Of a stretch of DNA of 64,000 bases, positions 1 to 9,828 are shown piece by piece (position 1 is the stretch's first letter; each line of letters opens with the position of its first letter). The position numbers were made by a program, and so were the translations under genes. The notes beneath the pieces are model-generated. The model ran no database searches. It was not told the origin of the DNA and worked only from the letters and a program-made list of their open reading frames with translations. Source of the stretch: Pseudomonadota bacterium (lineage in GTDB: Bacteria > Bdellovibrionota_C > UBA2361 > OMII01); assembly GCA_038134595.1 (NCBI GenBank), contig JAYPVM010000002.1, positions 32,001 to 96,000 of the forward strand. The letters are read 5' to 3'.

Positions 1-1
1 A

Positions 2-112
2 TTCCGAGGGCTCGTTGAAGCTACGTTTCCTTATGACGTAATTATCCAACCGCACTCCCGCACCGTGTATGTTGCTGTTATGCAGCAACTACAGGTGGGG
101 GTCGCGGACTAG
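2..112 (+). CDS. 3' end of an unidentified CDS entering from the window edge (partial)
   Basis: Frame 2 is open from base 2 (FRGLVEATFPYDVIIQPHSRTVYVAVMQQLQVGVAD) to TAG at 110-112 and converges on the next gene. Confidence 0.4.
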   Translation, partial: FRGLVEATFPYDVIIQPHSRTVYVAVMQQLQVGVAD

Positions 113-119
113 TCACGGA

Positions 120-2342
120 CTAATTGTCATATTTCTTTCGAGTCACGCTACCATCGGCTTTTAGTTCAACGGAAATCCAATCCCATTGCTTGAGAGCGTT
201 ATCTCGGAAACGAGGAGCTGCGATGTGCAAGTCTGCTCTAGGATCCGATATCTCAGGTGTTCGAGAAAACAGCATGCTGCCATCTGAGCGTACTTGAGAG
301 TATTGGTAGTATTTCAAGTTTCTTGGGAGCTCTCCTGAGACACGAGCGGTCGTGTTGAATCGAATCGCGTTATCGTAATGGACAACGTGAGCGGGCATAG
401 CTCTTGAAACAAGCTGCTCAACCCCTGATTTAGACTCAGTAGATGGTGTGTGCATCAACATCACCGGCATGGGTGCACTTCCAACGGAGTTTACTGTGCG
501 TAAAATGCGATAGTGTCCATCAAGACCAACTCCTGCGGGGCTATGTAATCCTGTAGAGCCCGAAGAGACATCTACCTTCGATGCATCTGCTATAGGATAG
601 ATACCGCTTCCGTAATGGTCTTTAGGAGGTGTCCATGCATAGACAAAATCTACATTGGATGCCTTGGATAGGTGGACCTCTCCTTGAGTCGCTTTCTCTA
701 CCCTAACCGAGCCAGAGTCAGCGATGCTGTCGCTTGGAGACGCGGGCTCTTCGCTCTTCGGATTCGGCGCATCAGCGGCTGTTACCTGCAATGGTGGTTG
801 ATTTGTGGGATTTTCTGGATTCGATTGGATAGAACCATCTTGGTACCGATAGACAGTTTTTGTGCTCCATGAAATAGAGCCGTCGCTGTTAACCCCAGGG
901 CGCAATACTGCCAAATCAGCTGATGCATCTATACTAGATGCAAGAACAACGCTTCCATCGCCTCTGACCTCTGCATGGTTGTATGTCTTGTCGCCAACCT
1001 TGACGGCATCAAAAAGTACCTTCGGTGCATTAAATGCCATCGAAGAATCATGCTGCGTATTGAGTGCATATGCCTGTACTGCGATGCTCTGGAGATAGGA
1101 CGATTCATCACGGGAAAAAACCGGAGGATCTCGTTGGATGATACGAAGGATACTGGCCGAGTCATCGTAGGAGTTGCTCCGAAGAAAGAGGTATTCTCTA
1201 GTTCTTGTAGTACTATTGTCGAGGCCAGCGGGTTTTACTAGACCGAGTGGAGAGCGAGTATGATCGATACTGCTCTGAACCTCATCTGGGACGGAGGTGA
1301 GGGTGCTCTTTGTTATGATTGGCAAACTTTCTGCATACGAACGAAGAAAGGCTAGGTTTGAATTTTGTTCTAATTCTGTAGAACTCTCGTTTGTAATGAT
1401 TGTAGACGGAGCCTCGCCCTGCTTGGTTATGAGATTCGGTGAAGATTCCTCCTGCACCTTCATCTCATCTTCAACAGAAATTGAATCAGGAGACAGTGTA
1501 AGTTCTCTTCCTCCGATTACTATTTTAGCAGAGAGATCCCCAGGTGGTAGTGTCATACTTAGTATTGCACTCCCATCTGGTTTTACGGTGCGGCGAACAT
1601 CGTAAAAGCCGTCGACGCGAGCGCTAAGTGTGCACTTATCTAGAGATGATTGAATCTTTGATCTGCTAGAACCGTTAATCTTAGTAACCTCAAAATCAAT
1701 TTTTGCTTTTGCCTGTTCAGGTGTGAGATGAACTACTCCTGTAATTGAGCCGTCCTTGTTTTTAGATGTCTCAATAGACTGGACAGGAGTGTTTTCGAGG
1801 GCTTCACCTGCTATTCTTTCGGTTTCTTTACCGCTCTGATTTGCAATAGCTTCCAAACGAGAAAAGCTTTGCGATGCGTGGTGCGGTATAAATAGTGTGG
1901 CGTTTGTTGCCTGTGAGTACAGAGTGAAACTGACGGTGTATCTTCCGTCTGAATTTCTTGTTGATGACATCTTGCAAAAATTTGTTTTATTACGTGTATC
2001 GAAAAATTCAGAACTAGCCTTTCCTCGAGGGAGGTTGACGGTGTAGTTTATAGCTTTTCCGTTGTGCGTAGTAGTAGTTCGAAAGTTTATATCGTGTGGC
2101 TGTACGCCTTTTGGAAGCGTAACCATCCCTGTAACACTTCCGTCTGAATTTACAGTGGTTGTAATCTGTGGAGCTTCAGTTAGATGCTGCGATCCCCTAG
2201 AGGACGTTTGTCGTCCGCTGAATAGGCGCCGAATTGGGCCTGTAGAACCTCTGCCCAGTAATCGACACCCGTGCGATGGTGGCTGTTGTTTTCGTTGCTG
2301 TTGTCTTGCACCGTAGCATGCCGGATTTGCAAACCTTCCCAT
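120..2342 (-). CDS. Hypothetical 740-aa protein with internal duplications and repeated xDGS beta-turn motifs
   Basis: Long ORF with a GGAGGT SD just upstream of the ATG; repeated NSDGS/KDGS/PDGS/GDGS motifs; no recognisable family. Confidence 0.8.
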   Translation of the reverse strand: MGRFANPACYGARQQQRKQQPPSHGCRLLGRGSTGPIRRLFSGRQTSSRGSQHLTEAPQITTTVNSDGSVTGMVTLPKGVQPHDINFRTTTTHNGKAINYTVNLPRGKASSEFFDTRNKTNFCKMSSTRNSDGRYTVSFTLYSQATNATLFIPHHASQSFSRLEAIANQSGKETERIAGEALENTPVQSIETSKNKDGSITGVVHLTPEQAKAKIDFEVTKINGSSRSKIQSSLDKCTLSARVDGFYDVRRTVKPDGSAILSMTLPPGDLSAKIVIGGRELTLSPDSISVEDEMKVQEESSPNLITKQGEAPSTIITNESSTELEQNSNLAFLRSYAESLPIITKSTLTSVPDEVQSSIDHTRSPLGLVKPAGLDNSTTRTREYLFLRSNSYDDSASILRIIQRDPPVFSRDESSYLQSIAVQAYALNTQHDSSMAFNAPKVLFDAVKVGDKTYNHAEVRGDGSVVLASSIDASADLAVLRPGVNSDGSISWSTKTVYRYQDGSIQSNPENPTNQPPLQVTAADAPNPKSEEPASPSDSIADSGSVRVEKATQGEVHLSKASNVDFVYAWTPPKDHYGSGIYPIADASKVDVSSGSTGLHSPAGVGLDGHYRILRTVNSVGSAPMPVMLMHTPSTESKSGVEQLVSRAMPAHVVHYDNAIRFNTTARVSGELPRNLKYYQYSQVRSDGSMLFSRTPEISDPRADLHIAAPRFRDNALKQWDWISVELKADGSVTRKKYDN

Positions 2343-2569
2343 AAGACCTCCATAAATATCTTGTTTATCTATTTACAGAAGAGGATATGGACTTTTAGAA
2401 AAGAAGCGTGACCTGAAAAAGCGAAAAAGTGTTGAAATATAGCTAGTTACAGCTCCTTTCGGCTAGTATCACTTGAGGATTGCTACGTACACCTCCGGAG
2501 CGTCCGAAACGAGGCTAGACGACCTGTTTTCAACTCCGGGCGTGAAAAGAGGGAAAGAGCTCTTGAGTT

Positions 2570-3466
2570 CTATTCGCTAGACGAGATACGAGCGCCGTTA
2601 TCTCTGCGTGTTGTGTCGATAGGAGTGATGCCAGCTAGCTCACCGATTACGTTTACAAGCTCACCATTAGCTGGGACTACAACTTTTGCATTACTCTTGA
2701 GAGCTGTTTCTACCGCTTCAAGCTTTCGAAGTACCTGTGCATTACCAATAAAGTACTGTTCAGCGGCTTCGTTTACGAGGCGGATGGCTTCAGCTTCACC
2801 CTCAGCCTGAAGAATGCGAGCTTGCCTAACTCCTTCGGCGTGTTTTATCTGAGAACGTTTTGCACCGTCGGCTTGTGTCTCTGATGCCGTGGCGAAATCT
2901 ACAGCCGCGATCTTTTCGTTTTCTGCCTTTACAACCTTGTTCATTGTCTCTTGCACATCTCGAGGCGGGTCGATCTCTTTTAGCTCTGTTCGCACGATCT
3001 GTAATCCCCACGGTTCGGTTTCAGTTGTGAGGATTCGGTGAAGTTCTTCGTTAATCTTTCCTCGCTCACTGTTCGCAGATTTAAGCGTAAGGTTTCCGAT
3101 GATGTTTCGTAGAGTGGTTCGTGCGAGGTTTACAATTTGATATTGGAAATTATGCACGTTGTATTGTGAGGCTTTAACACTTGATTCGTCTCCCTTGACC
3201 TTGAAATATACCTGAGCGTCCACGCGAGCGTTCAAATTATCATCGGTAATAATCTCTTGTGGCTCAGCATCTACCATGGTCTCTGTGATATTTACTTTGT
3301 ACATCATATCAACAACCGGAATAATCCAATGAAAGCCTGGTTCAGCAAAGCGGCTGTATTTACCAAATCGCTCGATGAGTGCGCGGTGGGTGGGGCGCAC
3401 GATCCGAATACCCAACAAAAATAGACCGAGGGATACAAAAATTAGAAATCCGAGTATCGATGACAT
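2570..3466 (-). CDS. SPFH/band 7 (stomatin/QmcA-like) membrane protein
   Basis: N-terminal TM helix, 'IERFGKY..PGFHWIIP', 'QEIITDDN..VDA', 'PWGLQIVRTELKEIDPP', and a coiled-coil 'AEGEAEAI'. Confidence 0.92.
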   Translation of the reverse strand: MSSILGFLIFVSLGLFLLGIRIVRPTHRALIERFGKYSRFAEPGFHWIIPVVDMMYKVNITETMVDAEPQEIITDDNLNARVDAQVYFKVKGDESSVKASQYNVHNFQYQIVNLARTTLRNIIGNLTLKSANSERGKINEELHRILTTETEPWGLQIVRTELKEIDPPRDVQETMNKVVKAENEKIAAVDFATASETQADGAKRSQIKHAEGVRQARILQAEGEAEAIRLVNEAAEQYFIGNAQVLRKLEAVETALKSNAKVVVPANGELVNVIGELAGITPIDTTRRDNGARISSSE

Positions 3467-3489
3467 ACTTTTTCTCCTTTTTTACACTA

Positions 3490-4047
3490 CTATGGCTCTA
3501 TGTAAATGCCGTGCCGTTGACGAGCGGTGAATTTTGGATTTTCAATTTTAAATTCCCGACTATCGATAATAGACGGGTCGTTGTTATCTAAATCAACTTC
3601 AATGTATGCTTCTTCATCAGACGAGACAGCTTTTAGATTGAATGTAAGAGAGACATAATCTCCGTCGATTGTGTCTGATGAATCAAGAAAAAACACGAGA
3701 TACCGTTCAGTCTCGTTTGCGGCTTGCATCGTTGGTTCTTGTCGAAAGCTATTCTCTCTTTCGGAGAAAAATACAGTGGAGTGGGGAACGTACTTTAAAG
3801 ACCGCGGTATTTTAATCTTGAGGATAGCACCGTTTTTATTTAGGTGAACTATCTCTATTTCTACCTTATTGAGATCGCCTGAGTCTATGTGACCTCGCTC
3901 AAGTTCGAGGTAAACATCCCCCTCATAGTTTTCTGGTAGTCCGCCACCACCACCGCCTCCTCCGATTCCTCCACATGCAGTGGATAAGATGCAGAGAATT
4001 AGGATGTATGAGAGCCTCTTTGCTTGTCGAATTAGATGCGTATTCAC
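3490..4047 (-). CDS. Hypothetical lipoprotein with poly-Gly linker
   Basis: Basic N-terminus, hydrophobic stretch and lipobox-like LSTA-C, followed by GGIGGGGGGG and a beta-rich domain. Confidence 0.7.
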   Translation of the reverse strand: MNTHLIRQAKRLSYILILCILSTACGGIGGGGGGGGLPENYEGDVYLELERGHIDSGDLNKVEIEIVHLNKNGAILKIKIPRSLKYVPHSTVFFSERENSFRQEPTMQAANETERYLVFFLDSSDTIDGDYVSLTFNLKAVSSDEEAYIEVDLDNNDPSIIDSREFKIENPKFTARQRHGIYIEP

Positions 4048-4087
4048 AGTAGTATAAGATGCTTAGAGGTCGCGGAGTGATTCGATT

Positions 4088-4495
4088 CTATGAAGAGCGA
4101 CGGGATAATGCCAACAAGAGCCAAGAGATTATAAAACCAGCGCCTCCAATTGGTGTAATTGCTCCTAACCATTTGGTATTTGTAAGAACGAGTAGGTACA
4201 GGGAGCCTGAGAAGATGCAAGTTGCGCCAATCATAAGCCATGTGATGGTTCTCAGGCGGCTGGATGGGATTTTAAGTGCATCGGAAGACGATAGAAAAAG
4301 AGCGCCTAGGGAATGGATTAATTGGTACAACACTGCTTTTTCCCAGATAGATAGATATTCAGGCGAAATAGAATGCTTTAGCCCATGAGCTCCGAAAGCT
4401 CCACACGCAACACCGATAGCCAAGAGAAGAGAAGATAAACGCTGTGTCATAGATGCTGTGTTTGTCATTACTGTTTTTTTGTTTCCATCCATCAA
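4088..4495 (-). CDS. DUF423 (YgdD/TMEM256) family membrane protein
   Basis: 'GAFGAHGLK', 'YQLIH', 'IFSGSLYLL', 'LGAITPIGG' signatures; true start may be a later Met. Confidence 0.92.
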   Translation of the reverse strand: MMDGNKKTVMTNTASMTQRLSSLLLAIGVACGAFGAHGLKHSISPEYLSIWEKAVLYQLIHSLGALFLSSSDALKIPSSRLRTITWLMIGATCIFSGSLYLLVLTNTKWLGAITPIGGAGFIISWLLLALSRRSS

Positions 4496-4600
4496 AGATT
4501 CTACGGCGCTTGTGGCTCTTAAGCGGTGGCATTAATCTACACGATTACTATTAATAGCAAAAGGACAGTGTGTCTATGGTCTTGCCATAATATTTATTTT

Positions 4601-5848
4601 TCAAGGTCTTGATTTTAGGATGTCGTTACTGCCGACAACAGGGATATCGCCAAATATTTTGTCGGTAGGCATATAATCTGGATTCATGGTGCCTGAGGGC
4701 ATTTCGGGCACTTGCACTTTCTTGTTTGTACTTAGCGTTGATAGTGTTGGAATCGGTGTTGGAGTCGGGCTCGGTGTAGGAGTATCTGGTTCAGGGGTTT
4801 TCTCGGCAAGCTGTTTGGCAGTTTTTTCTGCTTCTTCATCGAGTAGTTTTCGCAAAGGATCATTCAAGCCCTTATCCTCGCTGGTGTCTTTGGTAAAATT
4901 TGTCTTGCTTGAGAACTTTAGCTTTAGGGTAATGCGTCTGTTTGAAGGATGGAGGGGTTCATCCGGCTTTCTCAATTCGCTTGATGACCGTCCACTTACA
5001 CTTGTAATTCGGGAAGAGGGGTATCCAAGCTGCTCAAGCATCCTTCGAGCCGAGTTTGCTCTGTCTGAAGAGAGCTCCCAGTTGGTGTATCCACCATTTC
5101 TAGAGGGAAAAGGTTCTGCATCTGTATGACCGAATACCTCAAGAGTATTCGGATATCGTTTGATCACATCGGTGATAAGCTTAAACGCTGGGACGGCGTC
5201 GTTTCTTATGCGGGCACTTCCACTGTCGAACATCGATTGTTTGTCAGTATCCATGATTTCAATTTTTAGTCCGTCTGGCTCTGCTGAGGCCTCAATGGAG
5301 CCCGCAAGTCGAGCTGTTGACGCGAAGGCATTTGCCATCCGTTCGATCTCTTGTTTTGCATCTCGTTCGACTATTCTAATTTTCAGCTCTTCTCTTGTTT
5401 CGCGAAGATGTTCTCGTTTCGTGTTCAACCCTGTTGTATTTGTAGGTCCTCGGTGTTGAAACGGCTCGACTTTTCCCTCTTGCATGTACAGTTTGTCCAG
5501 ATCGCGTTCAGTCTCTCCGAAGGTTTTTTGATCCTCTAGTGGATCTTTAAACTTACGGAGATCCTTCTCTCGGGGAGGGACGTATGCTTCGTCAAGAATC
5601 CCCTGGCCACCAAGTAGGAGGGGTTGTCCGGAGCCTTCCTGAAATATCGAGGGACGTCGGAAATACGAGGCGATGGCAACGCGTACGGTTACCGAGGCGG
5701 TGTTGATAAGCCACATACAGAGAAAGAAACACATCATGGCGGTTGTAAAATCGGCGTAGGCTATCTTCCATGCGCCGCCGTGGTGTCCACCATGGCCACC
5801 TTTTTTAATAATGATAATCGGTTTGTTGTCGTCCGAACCTTCTGCCAT
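4601..5848 (-). CDS. motB: Flagellar motor stator protein MotB (OmpA-like PG-binding domain) with Pro/Thr-rich C-terminal extension
   Basis: 'HHGGAWKIAYADFTTAMMCFF' TM with the conserved Asp; 'GHTDA..NWELSSDRANSAR..NRRI' OmpA-like domain. Confidence 0.93.
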   Translation of the reverse strand: MAEGSDDNKPIIIIKKGGHGGHHGGAWKIAYADFTTAMMCFFLCMWLINTASVTVRVAIASYFRRPSIFQEGSGQPLLLGGQGILDEAYVPPREKDLRKFKDPLEDQKTFGETERDLDKLYMQEGKVEPFQHRGPTNTTGLNTKREHLRETREELKIRIVERDAKQEIERMANAFASTARLAGSIEASAEPDGLKIEIMDTDKQSMFDSGSARIRNDAVPAFKLITDVIKRYPNTLEVFGHTDAEPFPSRNGGYTNWELSSDRANSARRMLEQLGYPSSRITSVSGRSSSELRKPDEPLHPSNRRITLKLKFSSKTNFTKDTSEDKGLNDPLRKLLDEEAEKTAKQLAEKTPEPDTPTPSPTPTPIPTLSTLSTNKKVQVPEMPSGTMNPDYMPTDKIFGDIPVVGSNDILKSRP

Positions 5849-5864
5849 GGTTTAACAATAATGA

Positions 5865-6725
5865 TTATTTCTTCTTAGCTTCTTTGATAATCTCCTCGAG
5901 TTCCTCCGCGGTTGGACGGAACACGCCGGGAATCGTTTTACGAGCGAATTCCAATGCGACACCAGGAGGCGATCCACCAGCAAATGCTACAAGTCCAGCT
6001 CTAACACACTTTAGGAGGCCGGTAATTTCACGGACATTGTTTTCCATCTTGGTTCCAATCGGACCGATAAGACCATAAGACAAAAAGATACCTAACATAG
6101 TACCAACGAGCGCTGCCGCAACGTGGTGACCGATCTCTGTGGGAGGACCATCTAGAAATTGCATGGTGATGATAATTCCAAGTACCGCGGCTACAATACC
6201 CATCGCCGGAAAGGAATCCGCCATCGTCTTTACGGCTGTTGGTACTAAGAGCGCCTCTTCGTGGTGGGTTTCTATCTCTGAGTCGAGGAGTTTGTCCAAT
6301 TCGAAAGCATTTACGACACCATCAACGAACAGCCGAAGTGCAGAGGTGAATGTGTCCATCAGATGATGGTTGTGTGCCGCTAGGGGGTATTTGTTAAATC
6401 GAGCGCTTTGATGTGGATTAGATATATCTCCTTCGACACCGAGAACTCCTTCACGTCGCATCGTATCGAAAATACATCCCATGAGTCCGAGAAGATCGCG
6501 GTAGAGTGCCTTGTTTACACCTGTTCCCTTTATGGCTTCTATAAGGGCGGGGATGATTCCCTTCAGAACCGTACCAGGCTGAGAGATCAAAATAGTAAAG
6601 CCGATACCACCTGCAATAACCAAGAACTCGTATGGCTGAAATAATACCTCGACAGGACCTCCGGGGCCGACAAATCCGATCAGTACGCTACCAAGTACCC
6701 CTATGACTCCAAGAATTACGCCCAT
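5865..6725 (-). CDS. motA: Flagellar motor stator protein MotA
   Basis: 'LFQPYEFLVI', 'DSFPAMGIVAAVLGII', 'IGHHVAAALVGTMLGIFLSYG', 'ALEFARK'; AGGAG SD; directly upstream of motB. Confidence 0.95.
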   Translation of the reverse strand: MGVILGVIGVLGSVLIGFVGPGGPVEVLFQPYEFLVIAGGIGFTILISQPGTVLKGIIPALIEAIKGTGVNKALYRDLLGLMGCIFDTMRREGVLGVEGDISNPHQSARFNKYPLAAHNHHLMDTFTSALRLFVDGVVNAFELDKLLDSEIETHHEEALLVPTAVKTMADSFPAMGIVAAVLGIIITMQFLDGPPTEIGHHVAAALVGTMLGIFLSYGLIGPIGTKMENNVREITGLLKCVRAGLVAFAGGSPPGVALEFARKTIPGVFRPTAEELEEIIKEAKKK

Positions 6726-7004
6726 TAGATGGAACTCCTACAATTTAGTCTCTGCTTGTTCTGTTGCCCATTGTGTTCGAAAACACCCTCTGTAAATGAT
6801 CTGCTTACTTAAGGGTGTCGGAAGATAACCCTGCGGACTTAAAAGAAAAGCATCAAACGGCGTTTTCATCTGAGTCTCCTTTCTAGTGGTGATGGGTTCC
6901 CGGAATCCTTGTTGTTGATAGGTAGCTTGTGCCGAAATGATGTGCGTCGCTATGAGGTGGTGGCGACAGACCAACAATATTTAGAGGATCCATGGGATTG
7001 CTTC

Positions 7005-8018
7005 CTATAGAGAGTTGTCAATTCGGTTAGGGGGCGTTTGATTTTGCGAAGGTTTGTTTGAATTGTTGCCCGAGCCCTTGTTGGGATTAGACACGGTAGG
7101 AGTGCTATTTTCTTGGCGCTTTGATGTTTCATCGATGAGATAGCTCATCACTTTGCCTGTGATAAGCGTAACGCGGATCTCTAGGTTGTCGGGATATTTG
7201 GCACCTGCGCGCTGGAATCGGAAGTGGTCCCGGCCGCCATTGGCGGTTCCTGAAAACTGTCCACGTTCAATGACTTTGCCATTTGAATTCACTAATGAGA
7301 CACGTTCTATTTGACCGGTGACAGAGGGGGGTAATAGTACAACTAATCTTCCATCGCTATCTGACACTGGCTTATACAGGAATCCAGTTCCAGCTTCTGA
7401 GTTGTGACCCGAAGATGATGGCGTACTCGTAGTTGTTCGGCGGGAGTTGCTCGCTTCTGTTAGATCTCGCAGGGCAGCTGTCTCTTCTCCACTATCAAAT
7501 AAATCAAGCTTTCCTTGCGCTAATAGCAGGGCTTGTTCCATCGATGCTACAGCTTTTGTGGGGTCATTGACTCCTCCTCGGTCATCGAATAAGACATCCG
7601 TATTACTATCAAGCTGGGCTGCCGCAAAGCTTTGAGCGTAGATTGTTGTTGCTTCCTCTTCAGATAGAATTTCACTTGCGCTAAAAGCGAGTAACGCCGC
7701 CTTGGTGGCATCCTCAAAGGGAATGTATCCGTCTGCTTTTTGCATTGAGCTCTTGGCCGTGTCAAAGAGGCTGAGATACTCTTTCAATCCATCTTCGCCT
7801 TTTAGGTTTTGTATCCGTTCCTGTACAAGAGCGGAAAACAATTCCTCTTCGCTCACTTGATTTGAGGAAACAGGGGAAAGAAAAGCCTTAAGAGAAGACT
7901 CAAATGGTTGTTCAACCGCTGCGACCTGTGCGGTTGTGGCACTGGCGCGTGCAACTCGAGAGGCAGTTTGTCCCTGTAGTTTCGCGATAAATTCTGTAAT
8001 GCTTTGGACCGTTTCCAT
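7005..8018 (-). CDS. Hypothetical protein (helical N-part, Ser/Thr linker, beta-rich C-terminal domain)
   Basis: 337-aa ORF with GAGG SD and an upstream sigma54-like promoter; no recognisable family. Confidence 0.75.
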   Translation of the reverse strand: METVQSITEFIAKLQGQTASRVARASATTAQVAAVEQPFESSLKAFLSPVSSNQVSEEELFSALVQERIQNLKGEDGLKEYLSLFDTAKSSMQKADGYIPFEDATKAALLAFSASEILSEEEATTIYAQSFAAAQLDSNTDVLFDDRGGVNDPTKAVASMEQALLLAQGKLDLFDSGEETAALRDLTEASNSRRTTTSTPSSSGHNSEAGTGFLYKPVSDSDGRLVVLLPPSVTGQIERVSLVNSNGKVIERGQFSGTANGGRDHFRFQRAGAKYPDNLEIRVTLITGKVMSYLIDETSKRQENSTPTVSNPNKGSGNNSNKPSQNQTPPNRIDNSL

Positions 8019-8107
8019 GGCGCCTCTGCGATTTTTCTCTGACCTGGGTGCTTATCCATAAGCACCCGCGTAGACCATTTAAAGATGGTCTCTGATAGGT
8101 ATGACAA

Positions 8108-8123
8108 AGCAGAAAGTGTGCCA
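8108..8123 (-). promoter_or_regulatory. sigma54 (-24/-12) promoter for the 7005..8018 gene
   Basis: Minus strand TGGCACACTTTCTGCT matches GG-N10-GC with TGGCAC, about 90 nt upstream of the ATG. Confidence 0.6.
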
Positions 8124-8159
8124 GTTCTATTCTAGGGTGTTCGACGCTCCCGGACGGGT

Positions 8160-9680
8160 TTAAAAAAGCGGACGACCCGTCATTTCTTTGGGCTGTGGGA
8201 GATTCATCATCTTCAGAACTGTTGGAGCCACATCACACAGAGCACCATCACCTCTCAAAGTTACTTGAGATTTGTGCCCTACGAGAATCACTGGAACAGG
8301 GAAGGTGGTATGGGCAGTATGCGGCGTTTCGTCTGAGAGGTTTAGCATTTGCTCAGCGTTTCCGTGGTCAGCGATAATAAGCGCCTCGCCTTCAACACGC
8401 TCTAATTGATCAATTATCTTCGCCAGGCATGTATCGACCGTTTCTACGGCCTTGATGCCGGCTTCAATAACACCGGTGTGGCCGACCATGTCACAGTTTG
8501 CGAAATTGACGACTATAAGCTCATATTTTCCGGTGGAGAGACCTTGCATGACAAGATTGCATACTCCTTCAGCGCTCATTTCGGGCTTTTCGTCGTACGT
8601 TTTTACATCTCGCGGTGAGGGTACGAGTTGGCGCTCTTCACCTGGATAGGCCTGTTCAATGCCTCCGTTTAGAAAATATGTGACGTGAGGGTACTTCTCA
8701 GTTTCGGCGATACGAAGCTGTTGTAAACCGTGGTGTGCGACTACTTCTCCTAGATGATTTTTGATGTCTAATTGAGGAAATAAAAAAGGAAGGCCTAGCG
8801 AACTGTCATACTCTGTAAAGCAGAGAGTCTTTTCTGGCTGTATTACGGGGGCCTCCCGATCAAATTCGGTAAAATGCGGCGAGCACAGGGTCGTCACGAT
8901 TTCACGCATTCTGTCCTCTCTAAAATTAAAAAATACAAGTGCGTCGTCTTTATCGAAAGCTTGTACGGCCGTAACACCAGGCTCGATAAATTCATCTGTG
9001 GTGCCTTTTGCATAAGAGTCAGTGATGTAATCGTGAGGGGATGTAATCACATCTCCCAATCCAAGCGCGATAGCATGGTAGGCGCGTTCGACACGTTCCC
9101 ACCGTTTGTCGCGATCCATTGCGAAAAACCGTCCGCAAACCGTCGCTATCGACACTGATGGCTTGTTGGAAATAAATTCAAGGATCTCCTCAAGATCTTT
9201 TTTGAATGCGGCAGGAGAGACGTCCCTACCGTCGGTTATTAGATGAAGCCTAATTGGCTTCTCTGCGCAATCGATAACAAGTCGGGAAAGAAGAAGCTTG
9301 AGGTGGTTAATGTGAGAGTGAACCCCCCCGGAGCTGCATAGCCCAACGATATGAATTGTGGGCGAGCTCTTTATTGAAGTTAGAAAGTTCTGATACGTCT
9401 TCGATGAATCCAAAAATGGGCCTTGCAATGCGCGACTGATTCGCAGAAGCCACTGTTCAACAACCCGACCAGCTCCGATATTTAAATGTCCAACTTCTGA
9501 GTTTCCCATTTGCCCTTCAGGTAGACCAACTGCTTCTCCAAAAGTCGTCAGTGTGGCATTAGGACAGGAGGCCATGAGCTTGTCGAGAGTTGGTTTTCTC
9601 GCAAGAGCTACGGCATTTCCGCTCGAATCGGGATTTAAGCCAAAACCATCAAGAATGCATAAGAGGGTAGGGGTCTTCAT
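8160..9680 (-). CDS. gpmI: 2,3-bisphosphoglycerate-independent phosphoglycerate mutase
   Basis: 'LCILDGFG', 'GQMGNSEVGHLNIGAGR', 'AETEKYPHVT', 'DMVGHTG', 'ADHGNAE'; likely start MKTPT at 9680 (ORF track starts at 9743). Confidence 0.97.
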   Translation of the reverse strand: MKTPTLLCILDGFGLNPDSSGNAVALARKPTLDKLMASCPNATLTTFGEAVGLPEGQMGNSEVGHLNIGAGRVVEQWLLRISRALQGPFLDSSKTYQNFLTSIKSSPTIHIVGLCSSGGVHSHINHLKLLLSRLVIDCAEKPIRLHLITDGRDVSPAAFKKDLEEILEFISNKPSVSIATVCGRFFAMDRDKRWERVERAYHAIALGLGDVITSPHDYITDSYAKGTTDEFIEPGVTAVQAFDKDDALVFFNFREDRMREIVTTLCSPHFTEFDREAPVIQPEKTLCFTEYDSSLGLPFLFPQLDIKNHLGEVVAHHGLQQLRIAETEKYPHVTYFLNGGIEQAYPGEERQLVPSPRDVKTYDEKPEMSAEGVCNLVMQGLSTGKYELIVVNFANCDMVGHTGVIEAGIKAVETVDTCLAKIIDQLERVEGEALIIADHGNAEQMLNLSDETPHTAHTTFPVPVILVGHKSQVTLRGDGALCDVAPTVLKMMNLPQPKEMTGRPLF

Positions 9681-9828
9681 AACTGGTCCTATTACATCAA
9701 AAAACTCGTACTCCTTCATATCACTAAATGGGGATTTGCGCACGTTTCATAGATTTGCCATCTGCAAAGGCGTTCTCTGTCCGCAAAGGGGTAGCGTTGG
9801 AACAGTTGCCGACGTCTATCAGGAATCG

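Noticed and set aside
4601..6725. motAB as a Zorya (ZorA/ZorB) anti-phage system
   Set aside because: MotA is a canonical 286-aa stator with no long ZorA tail, and no ZorC/D/E-like genes are adjacent.
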